Assembly: GCA_021163225.1 (NCBI GenBank) | Contig: JAGGXE010000063.1 | Span: 1 to 47,647, forward strand | DNA from: Candidatus Micrarchaeota archaeon | GTDB lineage: Archaea; Micrarchaeota; Micrarchaeia; Anstonellales; JAGGXE01 | DNA: 47,647 bases | Reading direction: 5' to 3' | Shown: piece after piece, positions 19,748-27,402 of the stretch | Position numbering within the stretch: position 1 is the first letter of the stretch | How the letters are laid out: every line of letters begins with the position of its first letter | Notes under the pieces: generated by a model | What the model saw: only the letters and a program-made list of their open reading frames with translations | Told to the model about the DNA's origin: nothing | Databases searched by the model: none | Made by a program: the position numbers and the translations under genes

Positions 19748-22700
19748 TTACTCGCCAGAGGATTCGATCGGACTTACTGGAGATGCAGGAGTGGTACCGC
19801 CGAGATGTATGCTGAAACTGCACTGTACACCGGTCCCCCATTCTGTCGTGTCTCCGAAGTGTTTCCGTTCTGAATACCATCCGCCGCGTGCATAGAAGTT
19901 TCCGCGCAGTCCGAAGATGTTGAGCGTGCCGCCAGCCCCGACGCCTACCAGGAACCAGTTCCGGTTGTTATCCTCATTGATATAGGTAGTGTACCTATCC
20001 TCAACGAACGCCCAAACATTAACCTTTTCATCACGGTATAACGTACTGGCGACTTGGGCTTCTGTTTCTCTGGATGTTCCCACGTTATAAGTATGACTGA
20101 TCATCAAACTTGGATAATAAAGTCCAAGGTTGTACCATCCCAAACTCAACCTCCACATATCAAGTTCGTTGTACATACCCCATCGTTCAAAAGCTATCCC
20201 TGCCTGGGACCAATGCGGAACAGTATCGAACCACAATGCTATTCCTTGATATGTCGGCGAATACCTGAACTGTGTCACCGCTCGGTTTATAAAGAAAGGA
20301 TGATGAACGTTTAACTGTGCAAGGATGAAAGGCATCTTTTCACCGTACCTGTCAGCCATGCCGAGACCCAGACCGCCCGCATCCACGTACAACCCTTTCG
20401 ACAACCTCATCGTACGCAACCATGACAGGTTCACGTAACCTCTTTTTTCAGCAGTCGTAGATGTAACGTAATCTTCGTAGTATGCCCCGACAACCATACC
20501 GTTATCCCTGTCCACCATGAAGGTAACGGCCGCTCTGTTTCTCTCGGAAGTTCCGGTAACACTACGGTAGACCTCTCCTGCCATCCTGCCCGCGCTAGCA
20601 TAACCTTTGATTGCCTGGTACCCTTCCGTTTTATGAAGGTATCCTGCTAAGTACAACGCACGGTCCATCCTCAAACTCCCGCCGGTCAACCATCTATCAA
20701 CTCCATCGTTAGTAAACATGTAGTATCTCATTCTACCGTTCTCCCATCGCACATCGCCGCCGCCACCGTACAAACCGTCAAACCCGGCCGCCTCCACTCT
20801 TACACCTTTATCATCAACAGTATAGTTGAACCCGGCACCCCATTGAGTGCTCAGACCTTCTTTCTCGCCTGCAGGGTATCCTTCTTTAATACCCTTCGTA
20901 TAATCTTCGCCATAAGCACCGTAAACAGACAGATTCCCCATACTACCTGCAACCTGGACAAAGTTGTGAGCAGGCACACGGTTATCAGACGGGTACTGAG
21001 AGATCCATCGTCCGCCCCATAACCTCAACCCGGGTGCTCCGTACCACATATTATACAAAGGAAGCTGGGTATCGAGAGCGAACCGTTCAAACCGCATACC
21101 GCCATAGGACTCTGGGTAATACCTCAACAAACCTATCCCCGCCTGATGCACGGTACCGAACAACAAACCCCGTCCGTAGAACGGATTATACTGAAGGTCC
21201 AACCGTCTCCTCCATCGGTCGTACCCGTAGTATATGGAATACTCCTGAGCACTCATGTTCAACCAATCGAACCATGAATAGAATGTATTATGAACGGTTG
21301 TAGTCATATCCTGGGTAACTGATGTTTGATAAAGATGGGTTTTCAACCATCCTCGCATCAAAGACCATTCCGGATTTCTGGCAAAAAGGTCGGCACCGGC
21401 GTAAGCATTCCTCAAAGTAGTCTGCTCTTCTTCAGTAGTTACAGACCTACCCCTCCATTCTATGTTCCCTTTGTACCAACCTGGTCCGTAATCGGCGACA
21501 AAGCCCAGATTACCGCTCCCTTCGATATCAAGGGTGCGACTGGTTACCTCCCCCTCCTCCTTCACTTCGGTTATTCCGACCTTTAACAAACTTGTAGATG
21601 TTTCGTTGGCGGACAGTGTCGGCTGTATACGAAGCTGTTTCTCTTTAGCCTTTCTTGCAGTATTGTTATAATTCAGTTCAACGGGTCCTGCTTCATCGAA
21701 CCGTAACACGTATCCGCCGTCCTCTTTCTCAACCTTCGGAAAGAACACGATTACTGTAGCATTTTTCGAATATATCGATTCGTTATCCGGTACCGGAACC
21801 TCCCCCGGAACAACCGTTGCAGGTTGCCCGTCGATCAACAGGTTACCTTCCTCATCAACGGTTATTGTGTGATAATAATGGGGTTGAGCAACTTCCTGTT
21901 CCTGTGGGTATTTGATGTAAACAGGCAACCTCTGTACACCCCCCTCAGTTAACTTGTAATCTGCGGGTGATTGCACCTGCGTGACACGTTGGCTCGGATA
22001 GGATACCGACGGCACAGCAGTGATCATGTACACGTATCTGCGTTTGAGGTCCAGAACCAGATAACCGTCGGATGTCGACCTTACATTCTCGCTACCGAAG
22101 TATACGAGTTGTTTGTTTTTGAGTTGCTGTATAAACTCCTGCACCTCTTTAACATTCTTATTCGCAAGCTGATAGGTTATATCGTAAGCGTCGCACAACG
22201 TCTCCAGGGGAGGTCTCGGGTCGATGGAGAAAAGGAGCGGTGCGGAAAGTCCGTAGAACGTCTTCATCATCTTCACAGACTCCGGTGTAAGACCTCCTGA
22301 TGCTAAGATGAACAGGTCGTCCATACCCACCAATCCGTAAACCTTCGTATATTGTCTCAGAAACTCCTCTGATATCTGCAACGCGTTACCCCATTGGCCG
22401 ATAAGATAGTTTACGTTCTCAGCCATTTTTGTAGTTTCGTTCTCTGCATCGCTAAAATCGCAGTTGTCAACCATACTATCTATCAGATTGTAGAAAACGG
22501 ATTTTTCATTCTCCGTCATTTCGCCCTTCCGTACGAAAGAACTTAGGGAATTATCCAGCGCATCATCGAACGATTCGCCCTGAGCCATCCTGTCCGCAAC
22601 ATCGGTAAGCACAGTTGACACAACCTCTATGAGCTTATGTTTACCGTAGACACCCTGATATTTGGTTGCCCAATCGTACCCTGATATCTGGTTTAAGAAG

Positions 22701-24106
22701 TGTTGGTACACTGTTTCGCCGTCCCGATAGTCCGTGCTCTCAGAACTGATAGCCACCGTGGAAAGGTCAACAACATCTTCATAGTTGGATATAGAAGTAT
22801 ATTCGTAACTTGAACCGTAAATGGTTAGACGTATCTCTTCCAAACTTCCGTGCGCATCGGCAATAAGAAAAGGTATGGTGTTAAACAGAAACTCTCTACG
22901 CACAGAAGGGTTAATAATCTCGGTAACGTTTAAAACCCATGGGGATATCACCCATTTATTCTCATCGGGTTCGGTCCTGGCGTTATCGTATTCTTCCATC
23001 CTTCGGTTCTTCAAGTATTCTGTATCTATGAGGATCATCCCATTGTCGCGGTAGGTATACCAGTTATTAAGTCCTCCCTCCTCGGTACCCAAAGGGGTTG
23101 CAGTGTTCAGCAGTTCGGACATCAGTAGAACAGCATTCCCGTGATGATACTTCTCCAACTCGGTTAACTGTTGAAACAGACCTATGTATCCCTTCTCTTC
23201 CTCAAACTTTTCGGAAGCCACACTTTTAAGGTCTTTGTAAGGTAAAAATGTCAGAAGAGCGAGGTAATCCGCTTCAACGAGTGCCCGCTGTTTCGGGGAC
23301 ATCCCTACATCCAGCAGCATTCCGTCGAGTAAACGGACCTGTCCGACGATGCGTCCGCGTTCATCCTCATTAAGTTGCGGGAATAGGGAGTCTACGGTCT
23401 CATCGATGTTGAAAACCATACTGCCCACGGGTTGCGGTGTTATCTCACCAAGTTTTGATCTCTCCTTGGACACCTGTCGACCCGCGGATTCAAAATATTT
23501 GAGTGCATTATCCAGTCCGTTATCCTGAATGAGCTTGAGAACCGCTAACGACCTGTTCTTATACTTTTTGTAAGGTTTAGTCCAATCCTCATCCAACTCG
23601 TTGTTATAAAAGACCGTTAAACCCTGTTTCTGCTCTTCGCTCAGTCGGACACCTTTGTCCTCAAGATACTCAATCCATCGGTCAACAGTCAACCGTCCTT
23701 TGTATCCCTTCTTCTTTTTCCATGCCTGAATATCTTGATTGGTGATAGAAACCTTTTTCTTCAACGATTCCGAACCCAAGGGTACCACCCGTTTGAAATA
23801 TGATACATAATAATTTTTATACCTTTGTCCACCTTCGTCTTGCCCTACTTCACGATACCCGCTCTGCTCTCTCACCCGACCGTTAACACCGGTAGCATTA
23901 GAACTTCCGAGAACGGGTACAGATGTAAGCAAAACGCTCGCAACCAAGATCTTAGAGATAGGTCTAACAACCCTGCACGAAGCACGTTTTAACCACGACT
24001 TATATTTTGTCTTGTACATCGACGCGTCCATCGAAACCATCCTCAAAACATGTTTGCAACAGTTGACCGATCGCAACAGCCGACCGATGAGTTTTGTGGT
24101 TATCAC
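19748..24106 (-). CDS. Giant exported protein (up to 1452 aa), function unknown; C-terminal about 580 aa rich in Gly/Tyr/Trp/Arg (beta-barrel-like)
   Basis: Uninterrupted 4.36-kb ORF with core-like composition. Signal/anchor-like segment KRASCRVVRPISKILVASVLLTSVPVLGSSNA. The probable true start is M26 or M30 (24031 or 24019). I recognise no domain. Confidence 0.85.
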   Translation of the reverse strand: MITTKLIGRLLRSVNCCKHVLRMVSMDASMYKTKYKSWLKRASCRVVRPISKILVASVLLTSVPVLGSSNATGVNGRVREQSGYREVGQDEGGQRYKNYYVSYFKRVVPLGSESLKKKVSITNQDIQAWKKKKGYKGRLTVDRWIEYLEDKGVRLSEEQKQGLTVFYNNELDEDWTKPYKKYKNRSLAVLKLIQDNGLDNALKYFESAGRQVSKERSKLGEITPQPVGSMVFNIDETVDSLFPQLNEDERGRIVGQVRLLDGMLLDVGMSPKQRALVEADYLALLTFLPYKDLKSVASEKFEEEKGYIGLFQQLTELEKYHHGNAVLLMSELLNTATPLGTEEGGLNNWYTYRDNGMILIDTEYLKNRRMEEYDNARTEPDENKWVISPWVLNVTEIINPSVRREFLFNTIPFLIADAHGSLEEIRLTIYGSSYEYTSISNYEDVVDLSTVAISSESTDYRDGETVYQHFLNQISGYDWATKYQGVYGKHKLIEVVSTVLTDVADRMAQGESFDDALDNSLSSFVRKGEMTENEKSVFYNLIDSMVDNCDFSDAENETTKMAENVNYLIGQWGNALQISEEFLRQYTKVYGLVGMDDLFILASGGLTPESVKMMKTFYGLSAPLLFSIDPRPPLETLCDAYDITYQLANKNVKEVQEFIQQLKNKQLVYFGSENVRSTSDGYLVLDLKRRYVYMITAVPSVSYPSQRVTQVQSPADYKLTEGGVQRLPVYIKYPQEQEVAQPHYYHTITVDEEGNLLIDGQPATVVPGEVPVPDNESIYSKNATVIVFFPKVEKEDGGYVLRFDEAGPVELNYNNTARKAKEKQLRIQPTLSANETSTSLLKVGITEVKEEGEVTSRTLDIEGSGNLGFVADYGPGWYKGNIEWRGRSVTTEEEQTTLRNAYAGADLFARNPEWSLMRGWLKTHLYQTSVTQDMTTTVHNTFYSWFDWLNMSAQEYSIYYGYDRWRRRLDLQYNPFYGRGLLFGTVHQAGIGLLRYYPESYGGMRFERFALDTQLPLYNMWYGAPGLRLWGGRWISQYPSDNRVPAHNFVQVAGSMGNLSVYGAYGEDYTKGIKEGYPAGEKEGLSTQWGAGFNYTVDDKGVRVEAAGFDGLYGGGGDVRWENGRMRYYMFTNDGVDRWLTGGSLRMDRALYLAGYLHKTEGYQAIKGYASAGRMAGEVYRSVTGTSERNRAAVTFMVDRDNGMVVGAYYEDYVTSTTAEKRGYVNLSWLRTMRLSKGLYVDAGGLGLGMADRYGEKMPFILAQLNVHHPFFINRAVTQFRYSPTYQGIALWFDTVPHWSQAGIAFERWGMYNELDMWRLSLGWYNLGLYYPSLMISHTYNVGTSRETEAQVASTLYRDEKVNVWAFVEDRYTTYINEDNNRNWFLVGVGAGGTLNIFGLRGNFYARGGWYSERKHFGDTTEWGTGVQCSFSIHLGGTTPASPVSPIESSGE

Positions 24107-24155
24107 ATAATTTATGTGTAATCAAATAAAAAGGTTACTGGTAATCGTGTGTATT

Positions 24156-24200
24156 GGATTCGATATCGGATTCGATGCTGAAATCAATGTCGGATTCGTA
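24156..24200. promoter_or_regulatory. Three direct copies of GGATTCG(A/T)(T/A) upstream of the giant gene
   Basis: GGATTCGAT at 24156 and 24168, GGATTCGTA at 24192 (spacing 12 and 24 nt). They lie between the DUF424 stop and an AT-rich TATA-like stretch (24107-24135) that precedes the 1452-aa ORF. Confidence 0.3.
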
Positions 24201-24210
24201 CGGTTATACA

Positions 24211-24555
24211 TCACAGTGTTGTGTGCGGCGTGGCGGGCGTGAACAGTTGTACGTGCGGTATACGGAAACGGGTCGGAATGACAACGCGCACGCCCGCCCG
24301 CCGCAACACCTCGATAGAATTTTCACCCACCGCGTTCACAGATAACAATGACCTCGATTCCAACAATCTCCTCAATCTGGACACCGCCTCGGACATGTCG
24401 ACAAGTTCGCCTGTGTAAAACGTTCTGTATGTATCGAGGTCGATAACGATTTCACCGTCACGCAAAACAGAACCTATCAGACCCTCATCACACATTGCCA
24501 ACACGATACCTTTCAAAGTTCTGTGTTCCTTAACATAAACCCGTGCAACGGACAT
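24211..24555 (-). CDS. DUF424-like small archaeal protein
   Basis: 114 aa. The pattern VYVKEHRT..G.VLAMCDEGLIG......GEIVIDL...FY.GELV......L......S.N.VGE.S matches my memory of the archaeal DUF424 family. Needs an HMM check. Confidence 0.7.
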   Translation of the reverse strand: MSVARVYVKEHRTLKGIVLAMCDEGLIGSVLRDGEIVIDLDTYRTFYTGELVDMSEAVSRLRRLLESRSLLSVNAVGENSIEVLRRAGVRVVIPTRFRIPHVQLFTPATPHTTL

Positions 24556-25166
24556 TCATCACACCTCGGTTTATTTCGTTTACAGTAGGTTTTACCCAGT
24601 TTAACTATGAGAGCATGAAACTCGTTGAACACGTACACCTTCTCATCATCGGCGAGTTGCGAGAACGCCTTCTCGAACCATTCCCTGTATTCTTCATAAG
24701 ATTTAAAACTGACACCGTGACGTTCGCACATCCTTCGCGTGTAGGCATCGATAACGAACACAGGTCTATGTAAAGCGTAGAGAAGGATCGAATCAGCGGT
24801 CTCTGGACCGACACCTTTTATATTCAACAGTTCTTCACGAAGAACTTCGGTAGGTTTGGACCTATCCAACTGGAGATACCATCGCGTAACCGTTTTCAAC
24901 CGTTCGGCTTTTTGGTTATAATAACCGGCCGACCGGATGAGACGCGCAACCGTACCCTTTCTTGCCCTGTACAACCTGATCGGGTCGAGGCAACCGTGCG
25001 TCTTAAGGTTGGTTATCGCCTTTTCAACATTGGCCCAATTCGTATTCTGTGTGAGAACCGCACCGACGATTATTTCAAACTCGGTGTCACCGGGCCACCA
25101 ATGCTGCGGTCCGAAACGGTCCAGTAACAGGCGAAACACGTCTGTAATCGAGATACGTCTGCGCAT
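24513..25166 (-). CDS. Endonuclease III-related HhH-GPD protein
   Basis: 217 aa from MRRRISITDVF. Helix-hairpin-helix LLNIKGVGPETADSILLYAL, DAYTRR, and a C-terminal C-x6-C-x2-C. The ORF-track N-terminal 118 aa (Phe-rich) is the antisense of the Lys-rich gene at 25219, so I excluded it. Confidence 0.85.
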   Translation of the reverse strand: MRRRISITDVFRLLLDRFGPQHWWPGDTEFEIIVGAVLTQNTNWANVEKAITNLKTHGCLDPIRLYRARKGTVARLIRSAGYYNQKAERLKTVTRWYLQLDRSKPTEVLREELLNIKGVGPETADSILLYALHRPVFVIDAYTRRMCERHGVSFKSYEEYREWFEKAFSQLADDEKVYVFNEFHALIVKLGKTYCKRNKPRCDECPLHGFMLRNTEL

Positions 25167-25218
25167 GTAAACACCTTTCTTAAAAAGTATTAAATACCTT
25201 TCAGTTGTATATAAAAAC
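25167..25218. promoter_or_regulatory. Divergent promoter spacer (EndoIII-like gene / Lys-rich gene)
   Basis: 52-nt AT-rich spacer. TTAAAAAGTATTAAATA is centred about 27 nt upstream of the ATG at 25219, which is compatible with a leaderless transcript. Confidence 0.35.
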
Positions 25219-25536
25219 ATGGCAAGCAGGTCCAGGAAAAAAACATCAAAAAAGAAGAATGCAAAGACCGTCAAAAAGACGAGAAAAAGCACGAAGAAAA
25301 GGAAGGTGAAAAAGAAAACGACCGGATCAACAAAGGTAAGGAGAAGTACGAATATTCCGACTGTAGTCGCAGAGGTTCCCATATCCGAGAAGGCTATCGA
25401 GATAGTACAACTCCAGAAGGAGTATGAGAAGATAGACAGGGATATAAAGATAGCTATGAAAAACGTAGAACTGGAGGAACCGAAATCGCCGTTATCGTTT
25501 TTCAGGAACCCCTTAGGCAAACCTAAAAAGAGATAG
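25219..25536 (+). CDS. Small Lys-rich basic protein (105 aa), function unknown
   Basis: The N-terminal 45 aa are about half K/R/S/T (SRSRKKTSKKKNAKTVKKTRKSTKKRKVKKK). The C-terminal 60 aa are not low-complexity. TATA at leaderless distance. A 6-bp hairpin GTAAGA-ACCGC-TCTTAC at 25539-25555 lies just after the stop. Confidence 0.5.
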   Translation: MASRSRKKTSKKKNAKTVKKTRKSTKKRKVKKKTTGSTKVRRSTNIPTVVAEVPISEKAIEIVQLQKEYEKIDRDIKIAMKNVELEEPKSPLSFFRNPLGKPKKR

Positions 25537-25642
25537 GGTGTAAGAACCGCTCTTACGTCAGGTTAAGGTTAGGGATGATCTACGCGATTTGATAGCAAAG
25601 ATTTTTAAAATAAAAGTGGGAGAATTTATCAAACTTTTTATC

Positions 25643-25715
<73 letters not shown>

Positions 25716-25733
25716 TCATTCAGTCACAACATC

Positions 25734-27398
25734 TCATTCCTTAGGCGTATGCTGTTCAACGAACTCTTTTGTGTACTTCTCAAGTATCCGTACCCATCTC
25801 GGTTTACGAACCCTGTACAACGACCGTCTGACTTCCTCCCTTTTATCTTCGGTTCCGCTGCTCTGGACTTTGCGTTTCTTTTTCCACGGTTTATCTATGA
25901 CATATACCCTACGGTAGGCCGCTTTGAACATCTTCCATACGAACGGCAACCATTCCTTATATTCTTCATCGGTGAAGGTTTCTACAAACTCGAACAACTG
26001 TTTTGGCCATAGATCAATGTTCTTCCAATCGATTTTCGGGACTTCTTCGCCCGCCTCCCTCCTATCTCCTGCAACGTCCGACACAACACTTCTAACCAAC
26101 CATTTAAGTTCGTAAAACTTCGTGACCAGGTCAAGAGCCGCCAGGTATCTCCTGTATTCTATCAGGTTTTTACCCAAACCATCCCTTATAAAATCCGAAT
26201 AATTTCTGGGCCAATGATAGGGGTCCATATGTCTCTGTTTCGGTGGTAGGATTTTGTAGAGTTCTACATACAGTTCGATACATCGTTTGAAATATCTTCT
26301 GACCATCAATGCAGCAAACTTTTCAGCATTACCGACGTCACCGACCTCTTTCGTAAGTTTTATCAACCACTTCCTCGCATCACGCAACCCTTCGCGAGTA
26401 CCGTCTTTGAAATACAGTCCTAACAACGGTTGCGAGAATCCCCATCCGTACTCCTGATATTCTAGAAGGATCTTCAATGCAGCAACCTTCATAGGCATAC
26501 CTAACAACGTGTAAGCAACCATCTCTTCCCCGGTCAGATAAGAGTATAACGGATGTTCGCCTTCTATGTATTCTTCTGGTGATTCGTGAAACGCATAGGA
26601 ATTCAGATAGACAAGTCCGTCGATAAGTTCATCCATGAGATAAGTCAGATATTCTTCCGGCGTCCGACCGGATTCTGTAAACTGTTTCCACCGTTTTTTC
26701 ATCCTTCTTAAAGACATCCCGGATTTGTCCGTGATCACAACCTCCCATCCGCGCGTGTCTTCACCTGCTACATTGATATCTATAGGCGGTGCTACAGGCG
26801 GATGTTTCACATTGAAAATCGGGTCGTAACCTACATCCTCTTCGTCGTATTCAGGCAGGATGGTAACGCGTTTAGTCAATCTGTTAACCTTGACACGGTC
26901 AGGGTCGTACAACAGGAAACTGAGCGTCTCGATGTACATAAACTTTCTGGCTACCTCACCCAACTTCTTCTTCAAATTCTCATCATCGCTATGCTCTTTC
27001 AACTCTTCGCGAAGACCGGTCAGCCTATCGATTACATCGTTACGGGTATCGAGAACCCTGTTGTACACAAGGTTGAATGTTAGAGAGACGAGTTTACGTC
27101 TCGACTCCCGCGTTGTCTTAGGGAGTATTTCTGCAAACCTGTCCTCCAGTTGCTCCGCTAACCGTAGCAAAACTTCATCGGGTGCGGGATAATCTTTCAG
27201 CCGCGTCATAAACGCGGAAACGGACCGGTTTATCTCAGCGAGACATCTGACCGCAAGTTCAGGGTTACCGACAATCTTCTGAATCGCAGTAACCCAAGGG
27301 TTATAATCTGTGAGAGGGATCATCAAAGGTCCTTTGCGCTGTTCAGACCCTGTCCTTCCTTTCTTTTCAGCCTTTTTCTTGCTGGCTACCGCGTCCAT
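25734..27398 (-). CDS. 554-aa soluble hypothetical protein (last gene of the four-gene operon)
   Basis: Long ORF with core-like composition. The ATG lies 5 nt after GAGGTGA, which overlaps the stop of the upstream gene (4-nt gap). No signal peptide, TM helix or motif that I recognise. Confidence 0.8.
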   Translation of the reverse strand: MDAVASKKKAEKKGRTGSEQRKGPLMIPLTDYNPWVTAIQKIVGNPELAVRCLAEINRSVSAFMTRLKDYPAPDEVLLRLAEQLEDRFAEILPKTTRESRRKLVSLTFNLVYNRVLDTRNDVIDRLTGLREELKEHSDDENLKKKLGEVARKFMYIETLSFLLYDPDRVKVNRLTKRVTILPEYDEEDVGYDPIFNVKHPPVAPPIDINVAGEDTRGWEVVITDKSGMSLRRMKKRWKQFTESGRTPEEYLTYLMDELIDGLVYLNSYAFHESPEEYIEGEHPLYSYLTGEEMVAYTLLGMPMKVAALKILLEYQEYGWGFSQPLLGLYFKDGTREGLRDARKWLIKLTKEVGDVGNAEKFAALMVRRYFKRCIELYVELYKILPPKQRHMDPYHWPRNYSDFIRDGLGKNLIEYRRYLAALDLVTKFYELKWLVRSVVSDVAGDRREAGEEVPKIDWKNIDLWPKQLFEFVETFTDEEYKEWLPFVWKMFKAAYRRVYVIDKPWKKKRKVQSSGTEDKREEVRRSLYRVRKPRWVRILEKYTKEFVEQHTPKE

Positions 27399-27402
27399 CT
27401 TT

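Noticed and set aside
25167-25520. The N-terminal 118 aa of the 335-aa ORF 24513..25520 (Phe/Leu-rich, looks like TM helices).
   Set aside because: It is the reverse complement of the Lys-rich (AAA/AAG) gene at 25219-25536. HhH-GPD homology starts only at the ATG at 25166, so I treat it as an antisense artefact.
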